Below are positions 7,985 to 18,295 of a stretch of 52,953 nt of DNA, piece by piece. A program made the translations under genes and the position numbers. How positions within the stretch are numbered: position 1 is the stretch's first letter; each line of letters starts with the position of its first letter. Source of the DNA: Alphaproteobacteria bacterium (GTDB taxonomy: Bacteria > Pseudomonadota > Alphaproteobacteria > CACZRW01); assembly GCA_017507765.1 (NCBI GenBank), contig JAFWAG010000062.1:1-52953 (forward strand). The letters run 5' to 3'. The notes beneath the pieces are model-generated. The model saw only the letters and a program-made list of their open reading frames with translations. It was not told the origin of the DNA and searched no databases.

Positions 7985-10534
7985 TTAATGCGCAAATACG
8001 CTGTGAAGTTTTTCCCGAACGGCTGTTGCAGTCGGCAGTTCCAAGACTTCACCTGCTAATTTTTGCGAGTCTTTGAAGCTAAGTTTGCGGATTTTTTCCT
8101 TTACCAACGGAATGGACGGCGGAACAACGCTTAATTCGTCAACTCCAAGGCCAAGTAAAAGCGGTACGGCGGTTAAATCGCCGGCTAAGCCGCCGCATAC
8201 GCCGACAAATCTGCCGTGTTTATGAGCGTCTTCGACGGTTTTGTGAATTAAACGCAAAACCGCAGGGTGAAGGCCGTCGGCAATTTTTGCCAATGCCGGA
8301 TTGCCTCGGTCCATGGCCAGAGTGTATTGGGTTAAATCATTGGTTCCCAACGAGAAAAAGTCGGCAAATTCGGAAAACTCTTCAACCATAAGGGCCGCAG
8401 AGGGTACTTCAATCATAATGCCGATTTTGACGCTTAAATCTTTATTTAAAGCGGCTTTTTCTTCTTCAACCATGGCTTTGGCTTCTTGGAGTTCTTTTAT
8501 CCGGCTGACCATGGGAAACATAATATGCAGGTTGGAAAAAGAAGCTGCGTTTAGAATGGCTCGTATCTGAGAGCGGAAAAGCTCCGGACGGGCAAGGCAT
8601 AAACGAATGCCCCGTACACCAAGGAAAGGGTTATCTTCGGTTGGCATATCCAAGTATGGAAGATGCTTGTCTCCGCCTACGTCCAAAGTGCGGATAATAA
8701 GCTTTTTATCTTTGCCAAGGGCTTTGGCAATGCTTTGATAGGCTTCGGATTGTTCTTGTTCGCTTGGGGCTTCGTTGCGGTTTAAAAATAAAAACTCTGA
8801 ACGCAAAAGACCTACGCCTTCGCCGCCAAGCTTTAAGACGTCAAAAACGTCATTGACAGAGCCGACATTGCCGCCGACTTCTATCCGCTTGCCGTCAGTC
8901 GTTACGGCAGGTTTGCCGGCATCGGCAAGGTTTGCAGCATAGTGCTGACGTTCTTCTTCTCTGGCGGTTTTGGTTTGGGAAACTTCGGCTTTTGAAGGTT
9001 TAAGTTTCAGGGTTCCTTCGGTGCCGTTGATAATGGCTTGGGTGCCTTCCGGAACGGTTAAAACTTCTTCATCGGCGCCGGTAATCGCCGGAATGCCAAG
9101 CGTCCGAGCCAGAATTGAAACATGGGAAGTTGCTCCGCCATGCGTGGTGCAGATACCGGCAATTTTATCCTTATCTAATTGAGCTGTATCCGAAGGTGTG
9201 AGTTCTTCGGCAACAATAATTGCGTCCTTCGGAATGCTTAGAGGAGAGGTGTCGTTGCCGCTTAAAAGTTTAAGCACCCGCTTGCCAACGTCCCGTAAAT
9301 CAGTCGCACGGCCGGAAAGAAGTTCATTGTTAAGTTCGGTAAGCTTTTTGGCTTGCTCTGATACGGCGTGATGCCAAGCGTATTCTGCGCTTTTGCCGTC
9401 GTTGATAAGATTATAGGCATCTTTGCGCAGTTCCGGATCAGAAAGAAGTTCTTGATGCGCACGGAAAATATCCGCTTTATCTGCGCTGACTTTCCGGCTC
9501 ATGGAATTATAAACATCTTCTAATTCTTCTTCGGCTTGGCTGAGGGCGGTGTTTAAACGCTCGACTTCTTTTTGCGGATTGGCGGCATCTTCACGGTATT
9601 GTATATTTTCTTCGGCAAGTTGGTGGATAAAGCCTACGGCGATACCGTCTGAAGCTCCTATGCCGTTGATTAAGTCGGAGGAGGATTTAGAGGCGGCGGA
9701 AGTTTTTTTGTCCTCTTTAATATCACATTTGGGGGCGGGTTTAGTTTCGCTTTCGCCTAAGCCTTCTTCGATTAATGGAATGAGGAAAAACAATGCTTCT
9801 TCGGAGTCGTTTCCTTCTGCTTCCAGTTTGATTTTGGCGTTGTGGCCGATGTTAAGGCTCATAATAGAGGTAACGCTTTTGGCGTTTGCGGATTTATCGC
9901 CTAAAATAACGTTTATATCCGAAGTAAACTTTTTGGCTTCGGTAGCTAAAAGCGCGGCGGGACGAGCGTGGAAGCCTGTCGGGTTTGTTACCGTGATAGC
10001 CCAAGAAGTGGCTTTTTTCTGTTCTTTGGTTGCGGTTTGGGCGGCGATTTTGTCGCTTGCCGTTACCGTAAGAATAATATCTTCGCCGACGGTAACTTGT
10101 TTGCCGGCTTCACTTTTTAACGTTAATTCTTTGTCCGGAGAGGTAACAATAATCTCGGTCAGAACGCTTTTGGCCTGTTTGGAAAGGTAAGCAAAATCAA
10201 ACTCGATTAAAGGGTCGCCGATTTTAACGTCTTTGCCCTCGGCCGTTTTAAGAGTGAAGCCTTTGCCTTTGAACTCTACCGTGTCGAGTCCGATATGCAT
10301 TAAAACGTCTATGCCTTCTTCGCTTTTTAACGTAAGCGCATGGTGCGAGGGGTGAATGTTCGTAACTTTTCCCGCACAGGGAGCTTTTAAAATGTCGCTT
10401 TCCGGTTTAAGGGAAATGCCGTCACCAACAAGTTTCTGCGCAAATACCTCATCGGGAACGTCGCTTAGGGAAACCGTAGTGCCGCTTAGCGGGGCATATA
10501 AAACCAGACTGATATCTTTGGTGTCTTTTGTCAT
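7985..10534 (-). CDS. Multiphosphoryl transfer protein, EIIA(Glc)-HPr-Enzyme I fusion
   Basis: EIIA HHAL...MHIGLDTV, HPr GFHARPA and [52 protein letters not shown] precedes ATG at 10534. Confidence 0.92.
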   Translation of the reverse strand: MTKDTKDISLVLYAPLSGTTVSLSDVPDEVFAQKLVGDGISLKPESDILKAPCAGKVTNIHPSHHALTLKSEEGIDVLMHIGLDTVEFKGKGFTLKTAEGKDVKIGDPLIEFDFAYLSKQAKSVLTEIIVTSPDKELTLKSEAGKQVTVGEDIILTVTASDKIAAQTATKEQKKATSWAITVTNPTGFHARPAALLATEAKKFTSDINVILGDKSANAKSVTSIMSLNIGHNAKIKLEAEGNDSEEALFFLIPLIEEGLGESETKPAPKCDIKEDKKTSAASKSSSDLINGIGASDGIAVGFIHQLAEENIQYREDAANPQKEVERLNTALSQAEEELEDVYNSMSRKVSADKADIFRAHQELLSDPELRKDAYNLINDGKSAEYAWHHAVSEQAKKLTELNNELLSGRATDLRDVGKRVLKLLSGNDTSPLSIPKDAIIVAEELTPSDTAQLDKDKIAGICTTHGGATSHVSILARTLGIPAITGADEEVLTVPEGTQAIINGTEGTLKLKPSKAEVSQTKTAREEERQHYAANLADAGKPAVTTDGKRIEVGGNVGSVNDVFDVLKLGGEGVGLLRSEFLFLNRNEAPSEQEQSEAYQSIAKALGKDKKLIIRTLDVGGDKHLPYLDMPTEDNPFLGVRGIRLCLARPELFRSQIRAILNAASFSNLHIMFPMVSRIKELQEAKAMVEEEKAALNKDLSVKIGIMIEVPSAALMVEEFSEFADFFSLGTNDLTQYTLAMDRGNPALAKIADGLHPAVLRLIHKTVEDAHKHGRFVGVCGGLAGDLTAVPLLLGLGVDELSVVPPSIPLVKEKIRKLSFKDSQKLAGEVLELPTATAVREKLHSVFAH

Positions 10535-10637
10535 AAGCAAGCTCCTTTGTCTTATTTAAAGTTATGTATTTATTTGCTTATTTTTTTATAAATCCGAGCT
10601 TAAAGCTATCTATCCGTTGGATTATGTTGCAACGGGG

Positions 10638-10793
10638 TTATAACGTCTTATCAAGATAGATTTTAATAAGTCCGCCTTCGTTGATAAGCGGGGGAAAGAT
10701 TTGCGGAATAACCATTCCCAAAAGCCCAAAGGTTAAAACAACGGTGAAAAGCAATACGCCAAGTTCAATTTTTTTACTGTTGTTAAGAGTCAT
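10638..10793 (-). CDS. Small single-TM protein (51 aa), unknown function
   Basis: Below the track cutoff: MTLNNSKKIELGVLLFTVVLTFGLLGMVIPQIFPPLINEGGLIKIYLDKTL*. It has a GAGAGG RBS, and a CCGTTG/CAACGG hairpin follows the stop. Confidence 0.6.
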   Translation of the reverse strand: MTLNNSKKIELGVLLFTVVLTFGLLGMVIPQIFPPLINEGGLIKIYLDKTL

Positions 10794-10884
10794 TTTTTCC
10801 TCTCTTTCGCTTTAATCATTTGGAAAAAGAGCGCAGGCAAACCTTAGGAAAAGATTTGCCGTTGCTCTTTGTTCTTTCGGGTTG

Positions 10885-11313
10885 TTATTTGGTCTGAGGA
10901 CCTAAAGTTTCCACAACAAAGGTTGCTTCTTCCAATGCCCATGCTTGTTCCGGTGCGGAAAGGCTTTCAAGCTTTGCTTTTTTCTTGGCAAAGAAGTCTT
11001 TCTTCTTTTCATCGGAAAGATTTAACATCTTTTCGGCACGCTCTTTTTTCCACTTTTTCCATTCTTCGGAAGTTTTCTTCTTGTGGTGCTTTCTCCATTC
11101 TTTGGCTGCCGGACAATCACAAGGCGGCTGAGCGATTATAACTTCGTCTTCTTCTACCAAAATGGCGGTGGGAGAAGGATTGCCTTGGGCAGACATGGGG
11201 ACACGGTTCGGAGACTTTGGCACTACCGGAGAGGAATCCGCAGCTAAAGCGCCGGAAATGCTGAAAATGCCGCCAACGGCGATTAAAGAAAAGGTCTTAA
11301 TTACGCTGTTCAT
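10885..11313 (-). CDS. Secreted hypothetical protein with a Lys/Glu-rich helical region
   Basis: Sec signal ending ALA, AAGGAG RBS, CDC motif, and a downstream hairpin (GGCAAA/TTTGCC). Confidence 0.7.
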   Translation of the reverse strand: MNSVIKTFSLIAVGGIFSISGALAADSSPVVPKSPNRVPMSAQGNPSPTAILVEEDEVIIAQPPCDCPAAKEWRKHHKKKTSEEWKKWKKERAEKMLNLSDEKKKDFFAKKKAKLESLSAPEQAWALEEATFVVETLGPQTK

Positions 11314-11491
11314 TTTTTTACTCCTTTATGCTTTGAAGGTTAATCACAACCACTTTTCAAAGGTTGTAAAAAATACGATAAGCATTCCGGAAGAATTGGC
11401 TATATAGCATATTTGATTAGATATTTGTTAATAAAAAGAAGGTATGATGCATAACGGTTAATAGTATAAATCTTTGTTGGTAAGGATAATA

Positions 11492-13849
11492 ATGGCTCAT
11501 ATTCCTCCTTTGATAATCGATTTAGCAATTATTCTTGCTTATGCCGGTATTATTACTTTGATTTTTAAGTGGATAAAACAACCGGTAGTGTTGGGTTATG
11601 TAATCGCCGGAATATTCGCCGGTCCATATTTCGATTTCCTGCCGTCGGTTACCGATAATGATAATATTACTATATGGGCGGAAATAGGCGTTATCTTTCT
11701 GTTGTTCGGCTTGGGACTGGAGTTTAGTTTTAAGAAAATCGTCAATGTCGGAAAAGCCGCAATTATAACCGCAACAACAAATATCCTTTTTATGCTGATA
11801 ATCGGCTATAACGTCGGGCTTTTGTTGGGCTGGACGGCGATAGACAGTATCTTTTTGGGCGGTATGCTTTCGATGTCGTCGACAACGATTATTATTAAAG
11901 CCTTTGAAGATTTGGGATTAAAAAAGCAAAAGTTTACGACTTTGGTTTTCGGCGTGTTGGTGGTGGAAGATGTGGTCGGAATCCTTCTGCTCGTCTTATT
12001 ACCGACAATCGCTTTAAGTAAGAATGTGGATCAGGTGCAATTGCTTGAAAGCAGTTTGAAGCTGTTCTTCTTCTTGGCGCTTTGGTTTGTGGTGGGAATA
12101 TATCTGGTTCCAACCTTTATGAAGAAAATTGACCGCTTCCTTAACGATGAAATGCTGTTAATCGTTTCGGTCGCTTTGTGTCTGGGAATGGTGTTCTTGG
12201 CGACTACCGCCGGATTTTCGGTGGCTTTGGGAGCTTTTATCATGGGTTCTATTCTTGCCGAAAGCAATGTGGTGGAACGAATTGAACAGGTCATTAAACC
12301 GGTAAGAGATTTGTTCGGAGCCATATTCTTTGTATCTGTCGGAATGATGGTGAATCCGGAAATGTTTGTTCAATATGCCGGACCGATATTGTTGATTACC
12401 TTGATTGTGATTGTCGGAAAGGTTTTCTTTTCCTGTTTGGGATTTATGCTTTCATCTCAACCCTTAAAAACCTCGATTCATTGCGGGTTTAGTTTGGCAC
12501 AAGTCGGCGAATTCGCCTTTATTATTGCGGCGCTTGGTATGAGCATCGGCGTTTTGAGCGATTTTGTTTATCCGATTATTGTGGCGGTTTCCGTAATTAC
12601 AACCTTTACAACGCCGCTGATGATAAAATCGGCTGACCCTGTATATGATAAGATAAATGCGATTTTGCCAAAGTCGTGGAAGGAGTTTTTAAACCGTCAT
12701 ACTTCTTCTGCTCCCGAAACCAGAAGCGAAAAAAGTAATTGGCAGCGTTTGTTTAAAATGTATTTCTCCCGCTTGTTCTTATTCTCTATCGTCTTGGTCG
12801 GAATTATGTATATTTCCTTTACCATTTTGCAGCCGATAGTGCAGGAAAAAATCCCCGGATTGGAAGGAAGAATAGCGCTTACTTCAATTACTCTTTTGTT
12901 TATGGCTCCGTTCTTGCGTGCTTTGTTGTTAAGCCGGAATAATATGCCGGAACTTTTCTTTACTTTGTGGTTGGAAAAGAAGACTAACCGTTTGCCTTTG
13001 ATTATGTTGATGAGTTTTCGTATTGTCATTGCCGCTTTCTTTGTCATGGTGGTGGTGCATCAGCTTTTAACCATTCATTCCGGAGTCATTATTGCTCTGG
13101 TTCTGCTGACGTTAGTGGTTTTGTCTCGTTCTCGTTGGCTGTTTAGTCAGTACATGAAAATTGAAACTCAGTTCTTGATGAACCTGAACCGGAAACAAGT
13201 AGAGCATCAGCAGGAAACTATGAACAGCAGTGACAGCAGGGTTGCTGATGATGAAGAATGGTTGGACAGCAGTTTGGTGGTCGCTCAGTTTAGAGTTACG
13301 GATAATTCCGAGTGTGCCGAAAAGCTGCTCTCGGAACTGCTTTTCAGAGAACATTATGCAATTAACGTCTTTAAAATAATCAGAGACCGGCATTATATAG
13401 ACGTTCCAAGGGGAGTCGAAAAAATATCCGCCGGAGATGTTTTGCTTGTTGTCGGTACGGAAAAGCAAATGCGCCGCTTTAAAATCGCAATGACCCCCAA
13501 AGGAGTTGTAGAGGAAGCAATTGCCGATACCGAAGATTATGTAATAAGTCTGCGGGAATATATTTTAAATCAAGAAAAATACAGCGGCAGAAATGATGCA
13601 ATTTTATTGTGCTGTGCCATTCCGGTTGAGGAGGCTTCGAGTCTTGCCGGAAACAGTATAAATGCTTCGGATATTCGGGGAAAAACGAAAAGCTTGGTTG
13701 TCGGGGTGGAACGTAAGTCGTCCTTGTTCGTTAATCCGGAAATATCCTTTGTATTTAAAGAAGGCGATTTAATCTGGATGGTGGGCGAGCAAAAAGTTAT
13801 CAGTCAAGACGTCTGCCGTGAAATGCTTTTGCAAAGTAAATCTGCGTGA
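11492..13849 (+). CDS. CPA2 cation:proton antiporter with C-terminal RCK_C/TrkA-C domains
   Basis: AEIGVIFLLFGLGLEFS, LSMSSTTIIIK, LVVEDVV, LGAFIMGSILAE, LAQVGEFAFII, then soluble TrkA-C-like repeats. Start ATG at 11492. Confidence 0.88.
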   Translation: MAHIPPLIIDLAIILAYAGIITLIFKWIKQPVVLGYVIAGIFAGPYFDFLPSVTDNDNITIWAEIGVIFLLFGLGLEFSFKKIVNVGKAAIITATTNILFMLIIGYNVGLLLGWTAIDSIFLGGMLSMSSTTIIIKAFEDLGLKKQKFTTLVFGVLVVEDVVGILLLVLLPTIALSKNVDQVQLLESSLKLFFFLALWFVVGIYLVPTFMKKIDRFLNDEMLLIVSVALCLGMVFLATTAGFSVALGAFIMGSILAESNVVERIEQVIKPVRDLFGAIFFVSVGMMVNPEMFVQYAGPILLITLIVIVGKVFFSCLGFMLSSQPLKTSIHCGFSLAQVGEFAFIIAALGMSIGVLSDFVYPIIVAVSVITTFTTPLMIKSADPVYDKINAILPKSWKEFLNRHTSSAPETRSEKSNWQRLFKMYFSRLFLFSIVLVGIMYISFTILQPIVQEKIPGLEGRIALTSITLLFMAPFLRALLLSRNNMPELFFTLWLEKKTNRLPLIMLMSFRIVIAAFFVMVVVHQLLTIHSGVIIALVLLTLVVLSRSRWLFSQYMKIETQFLMNLNRKQVEHQQETMNSSDSRVADDEEWLDSSLVVAQFRVTDNSECAEKLLSELLFREHYAINVFKIIRDRHYIDVPRGVEKISAGDVLLVVGTEKQMRRFKIAMTPKGVVEEAIADTEDYVISLREYILNQEKYSGRNDAILLCCAIPVEEASSLAGNSINASDIRGKTKSLVVGVERKSSLFVNPEISFVFKEGDLIWMVGEQKVISQDVCREMLLQSKSA

Positions 13850-13855
13850 AAATGT

Positions 13856-14629
13856 TTATAAAGCCGGTGGTAAAAGATTGCGTTTAAAGCTCATGCTTTG
13901 CCACCGCTTGGCAATCCAATCGACAGTTTCCGCCGGATAGTTGCGGGATATTTCCGCAGTGGTTTTTTGCTTGTCCAAAAGCTCTGCCAGTACCGAGTCC
14001 AGTAAAGGATAGGGCGGCAGGGTGTCTTCATCTTTTTGCCCGATGGCAAGTTCGGCGGACGGAGCGCGGGAAATAATTCCTTCCGGAATAATCGGCGATA
14101 CGGTATTGCGCCAATTTGCCAGTTCATAAACTTCGGTTTTATAAAGATTGCCGATAGGGCAGAGACCGCCGACGGTGTCTCCGTAAAGAGTGCAATAACC
14201 CATGGCAATTTCGGAACGATTGCTGCAACACAAAGTCAGCCAGTTATACTGGTTGGAAAATGCCATTAAAATATTGCCTCGTATGCGGGCTTGAATGTTT
14301 TCGGTTACTATGGGCTGAACCGAAGTAAAGAAAGCGGCAAAAGTTTGATTATAAGTATCGGCAAGTTCCTGTATCGGCACAGTACGGAAATCTATACCTA
14401 AGTTTTTTGCCATTTCAGAGGCAAGTTCTTTGCTTAAATCAGAGGTGTTCTTGCTTGGCATCATCAGGCAATGCACTTTGTCTTTGCCTAAGGCATCGGC
14501 GGCTAAAGCGGTGACAACTGCGGAGTCTATGCCACCGGAAAGGCCGATTAAAACGTCGCTAAAGCCTCTGGTGGCTATAAAATCATGAAAATCCTTTGTT
14601 AAAGAATGCCATTTGGTTTCCGGATTCAT
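13856..14629 (-). CDS. nadE: NAD+ synthetase, synthetase domain only (NH3-dependent)
   Basis: GLSGGIDSAV, ENIQARIRG, NRSEIAMGYCTLYGD, PSAEL; no glutaminase domain. Confidence 0.9.
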   Translation of the reverse strand: MNPETKWHSLTKDFHDFIATRGFSDVLIGLSGGIDSAVVTALAADALGKDKVHCLMMPSKNTSDLSKELASEMAKNLGIDFRTVPIQELADTYNQTFAAFFTSVQPIVTENIQARIRGNILMAFSNQYNWLTLCCSNRSEIAMGYCTLYGDTVGGLCPIGNLYKTEVYELANWRNTVSPIIPEGIISRAPSAELAIGQKDEDTLPPYPLLDSVLAELLDKQKTTAEISRNYPAETVDWIAKRWQSMSFKRNLLPPAL

Positions 14630-14642
14630 TTGCTTTTATCCC

Positions 14643-15020
14643 TTATTTTTCTTCGTCTTTAATGGTGTAAACGGCGTCGATAACGTCAGGTTCTTTCTTT
14701 GCTTTCTTGTTCATTATTCGAAAGCCTCTAAACGAAAAAGATACGCCGAATAAAAGTAAAATGCCGTATAAAATATAAGGCCAGAAAAATAAAATAAGTG
14801 ATGCCCAGATAGGCCAACCCCACACTTCAACCGCGCCGTATACTCCGGCAAGAGGGCCAATCGCCGGAATGAACAGTAAAAGCAAGGCGGCAAATAAAGC
14901 AAAAATCCAATGAAGACCAAAGAAATGTAAAATACCGTCAACAGAAGCAACAATTTGCAACAGAGAAACAAGCAAATAAGAAATAATAAAAAGCAAAAGC
15001 AAAGCAATGCGCTTATCCAT
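14643..15020 (-). CDS. Hypothetical membrane protein
   Basis: Several hydrophobic segments, charged C-terminus, in register with the operon. Confidence 0.7.
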   Translation of the reverse strand: MDKRIALLLLFIISYLLVSLLQIVASVDGILHFFGLHWIFALFAALLLLFIPAIGPLAGVYGAVEVWGWPIWASLILFFWPYILYGILLLFGVSFSFRGFRIMNKKAKKEPDVIDAVYTIKDEEK

Positions 15021-15066
15021 AATCTTAGCCCTTTAAAGAAGTAAGCATTATTCTTTTATAAAGTTG

Positions 15067-15843
15067 TTATTCTTTTTTTATATCCTTGTCATTTGTTTTT
15101 TTCGCATCGGTATCATGCTTTTCGCTTTTCTGGGGAGTGATAACAAGCTTTTTAAAGCTTTCCCATGGCGTGTCCGGATAGTTATATTCATTTTCCAGCT
15201 TGCTCATAAAGGCGTCTAAAACTTGGATATCTCCGTTGACAGAAGTGCTTAAGTCGCCCATGAACTTGACAATTTCGCCGTTGACAATGGTTAAGGCGTT
15301 ACTGTCATTGTCGGTAAGAGCTAGGTTCCTTTCACTTTCCAAAAACCTCATGCGGACAAAAAAGTCCGGATACTTTTTAAACTCGTAAAAAAGCTTGTTT
15401 AAAGATTCTATGCGGCGGTAACTTTCGTTGTTTTTGAAAAAAGGCGAGTATTCTAAAAAATTAACCATTTTGGCGTCGGTTTCAACCGCATTGGTGTAGG
15501 TCTCTAGATGACTTAAAACAACCGGAAGAGACTGGAAAAAATGCGTGCTGTTTGATTCATAATCACTGTCGGCAAGGTTCCTTTGCATGGTGTGAAGGTT
15601 CGTATAAATGTAACTGCTTTGCCGGATTAACGTGTTGAAAAAGTCTTCTTTGGCATAAAAATAACCGACATAAGTCGTACAAAAGGAAACTAAAAGTCCG
15701 GAGAAAAAACCGACATTTAAATTGTTCAGCATCTGCATATAAAAGTTTTCTTTGTGGCGGGTAAAAGGAAATACAGCCAACAGCGAAAAACTGACTATCA
15801 TTAAAATAAATAAGACAACACAAGATATGCGATAGATTTCCAT
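15067..15843 (-). CDS. Hypothetical protein with two N-terminal TM helices
   Basis: 258-aa ORF, GGAG RBS, two TM segments followed by a helical soluble region. Confidence 0.7.
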   Translation of the reverse strand: MEIYRISCVVLFILMIVSFSLLAVFPFTRHKENFYMQMLNNLNVGFFSGLLVSFCTTYVGYFYAKEDFFNTLIRQSSYIYTNLHTMQRNLADSDYESNSTHFFQSLPVVLSHLETYTNAVETDAKMVNFLEYSPFFKNNESYRRIESLNKLFYEFKKYPDFFVRMRFLESERNLALTDNDSNALTIVNGEIVKFMGDLSTSVNGDIQVLDAFMSKLENEYNYPDTPWESFKKLVITPQKSEKHDTDAKKTNDKDIKKE

Positions 15844-15908
15844 GTTTTTTCTCCCTAATTCAGAAAAAGTTTATAAAAAATCCTTTTCGGGATCAGCTAA
15901 CTTTTCGA

Positions 15909-16886
15909 TTAGAAAGCCATAAAAGCTTCGATGCGGCGGACGCTTTCATCAATGCGGGAGGCGGAGATGTCTCCGGCTTTAAGGGCGGTTTTGACGGTTT
16001 CGTTTACTTGCTCGGGAATGGCGGGGGAGTAGGCAAGCTGGTTGCCAAACAGCAAGATATCTGCGCCGGCTTGGATTGCTTTGATGATAATGTCAGTTTC
16101 GGAATAATTGTTTCTTACGGCTCCCATTTGTAAGTCATCGGTTATGACAACTCCGTCAAAGCCTATTTTTTCCCGCAAAAGTCCTGTGATTATTGGCGCA
16201 GAAAGCGATGCCGGATTGTTTGGGTCAAGATTGCGGTTAAAAACATGGGCAGCCATAACGGCGGTGTTGGGAAACTCTTTGGTAAGAGTGTAATAAGGCA
16301 GAAGTTCATCTTCCTGCCAGTCGGAAGATATGTCGGTAAAGCCAAGGTGAGTATCCGTGCGGGCGCTGCCGTGTCCCGGAAAATGCTTTAAGGCGGTGCG
16401 GATACCTTGTTGGTTGTGGGCTTTGATAAACTCTCTGCCATAAGCAATAACGGCGGTCGGGTCAGAACCAAAACTGCGTTCTTTGCCCGATATGGCAGGA
16501 GAAATAAAGTCTCGGGAAAGGTCGACTACCGGAGCAAGATTGAAATTAAATCCGGCGCTTTTAAGCTCTGTTGCCAAAGTAGAATATATTTCTTTTGCTT
16601 CGGCTAAAGACTTTTGGGAGGCAATGGCTTGGGCAGACGGATAGTCGGTAAAGCCGTTCTTTTTTTGTAAACGCTGGACTTTACCGCCTTCTTGGTCGAT
16701 TGCCCGTAAAAGACCGGAAAAAGCCTCGGTTTGCTCTTTGGTTTGAAGCGGGTTTGTAAAGTTGTTTTGAAAAAAACATACTCCGCCGACAGAACCGGAA
16801 TGCACTTGATGCAAAAGATGGTGATTTTCCTTATCCGGAAAACCAACCATGACCATTAAGGCAATTTTGGCATCAAGTGATAACAT
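15909..16886 (-). CDS. nagZ: GH3 beta-N-acetylhexosaminidase (NagZ-like)
   Basis: AIDQEGGKVQRL, NLAPVVDL, KHFPGHG followed by TDTH, ITDDLQM. Confidence 0.85.
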   Translation of the reverse strand: MLSLDAKIALMVMVGFPDKENHHLLHQVHSGSVGGVCFFQNNFTNPLQTKEQTEAFSGLLRAIDQEGGKVQRLQKKNGFTDYPSAQAIASQKSLAEAKEIYSTLATELKSAGFNFNLAPVVDLSRDFISPAISGKERSFGSDPTAVIAYGREFIKAHNQQGIRTALKHFPGHGSARTDTHLGFTDISSDWQEDELLPYYTLTKEFPNTAVMAAHVFNRNLDPNNPASLSAPIITGLLREKIGFDGVVITDDLQMGAVRNNYSETDIIIKAIQAGADILLFGNQLAYSPAIPEQVNETVKTALKAGDISASRIDESVRRIEAFMAF

Positions 16887-16895
16887 TTACATACC

Positions 16896-17828
16896 TTACA
16901 TACTGTAAGATTTAACTTTAAGTGATTCACGGGCATACAAATCAAAGTTACGGATTTTTTTGTGCGTCCCGTTTATATCAATAGCAATCTTTTTCCATTT
17001 GTTGGGATTGGCTAATATGGCTTCTTGCGGCGTGTAATTAGTCAGCAGATGGTGCAAGACTTTGTCGGTTTTACCTTGAGTAGGAGGATTGATTTGCCAA
17101 ATGAAAAACTCTTGTTCTGCTTTTTCTTCCGGACGGGGAAGAAACTTTTGGATAAGTCCGGTTTTTTCGTCCGCAGATAACGGGCTTGCCGCTAACATAA
17201 GCTGAATAAACTTTTCAACTTTTGTGGGCAGGGGGACTGCTTCTGCTAAAATCAGGCGAGCCTTAATAACCCGTTCGTTGAAAACAAAATCCTTGGCGGC
17301 AGTGTTATTTAAACAGCGGAAATCAAAAACATGGATTTGATGAATTGCTTCGTCGGTCAATGGTTCGGAAAGCAAAAAGGAAAGGTCTTTTTTGTCTGTC
17401 GGGTTATAGGCAAGAGCATCAACCAAAGCAGAAGAAATAGGCTTCGGTAAAGGCGCAATGTCGCTGAAATAAAGGCGGGCTTTTATCTGTTCTTTGGTTA
17501 AAAAAGCACTGGTTTGCGAAAAGTATCGGCGGTCAAAAGCTCGGATACCGTCTTTGACCATTTGGGCAAAATCATCGCTGTTTACCGAAGGGGAAACTTG
17601 CATATCTTCTTTGGAGATGATTATAAGCTCGGCAAGAGTTAACTCTCCGTTGGTTAAAGCTTTGAAGTTTTCCTTTACGTCGGTGTACTTTTTATCTTCG
17701 TTTTGCTTAAGATAATAGGAAAGCTTTGCAACATACTCGTCGGCTTTTTCTTCCGGAGTCGGTTCTGCGGGCTTTTGGGCAAAGAAGGCTTTAATCCTTC
17801 CTAATAATGAAGTTTTTTGTGCGGACAT
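16896..17828 (-). CDS. Hypothetical protein (310 aa)
   Basis: Long ORF in the operon with AGAG RBS; no recognisable motif. Confidence 0.7.
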   Translation of the reverse strand: MSAQKTSLLGRIKAFFAQKPAEPTPEEKADEYVAKLSYYLKQNEDKKYTDVKENFKALTNGELTLAELIIISKEDMQVSPSVNSDDFAQMVKDGIRAFDRRYFSQTSAFLTKEQIKARLYFSDIAPLPKPISSALVDALAYNPTDKKDLSFLLSEPLTDEAIHQIHVFDFRCLNNTAAKDFVFNERVIKARLILAEAVPLPTKVEKFIQLMLAASPLSADEKTGLIQKFLPRPEEKAEQEFFIWQINPPTQGKTDKVLHHLLTNYTPQEAILANPNKWKKIAIDINGTHKKIRNFDLYARESLKVKSYSM

Positions 17829-17880
17829 GGTTTTCTCTTAAATATTTTATATTTGGTGAATGTCCCCTATATTGACATAT

Positions 17881-18201
17881 TTATTGCGAAAAATCAATCC
17901 CTGTTTTAGCGGTTTGCCGGCATAAATATTCAACTCTGGTGGGGGTGAAAAGAGAGCAATCCCAATACTTTTGCTGATAAAACTCCGGTGTTCTGCCGGT
18001 TTTGACGCACTCGCTCTCCGCCATGGATATAATCTGTTCCGGCTTTGCTTGCAAAGAGTTATAGCAAATCGAAACCTTATCCTTCGTAGAGGGACCTATG
18101 GTGCCGATAACTCCTGCCTCTCTGCGTGAATCAATGTACGGATTAAATTGACTGCACCCAAAAGTAAATAACAACAAAAATAAAAATATAAGCTTTTTCA
18201 T
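17881..18201 (-). CDS. Putative lipoprotein with four conserved-looking Cys
   Basis: MKKLIFLFLLLFTFGC lipobox. Start at 18201 is preferred over 18234. Confidence 0.7.
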   Translation of the reverse strand: MKKLIFLFLLLFTFGCSQFNPYIDSRREAGVIGTIGPSTKDKVSICYNSLQAKPEQIISMAESECVKTGRTPEFYQQKYWDCSLFTPTRVEYLCRQTAKTGIDFSQ

Positions 18202-18295
18202 AAAAAACTCTCTTAAATTAAAAGAATTGTTCACAATAAGCGAAAATTGCTTTAAATACTATACTAGTTTTGGAATGTATTTTAAGGATTTTTCT

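Noticed and set aside
7963-8052. Extended N-termini from the ORF track (ptsG 8052, thioesterase 1288, DHH 18227, GT4 25798, oxidoreductase 30970, znuB 41849, 47938)
   Set aside because: They overlap neighbouring genes or lack an RBS; family homology begins at the downstream starts reported.
9549-10190. 213-aa + strand ORF
   Set aside because: Antisense shadow of the EIIA-HPr-EI gene, with no RBS or domain signal.
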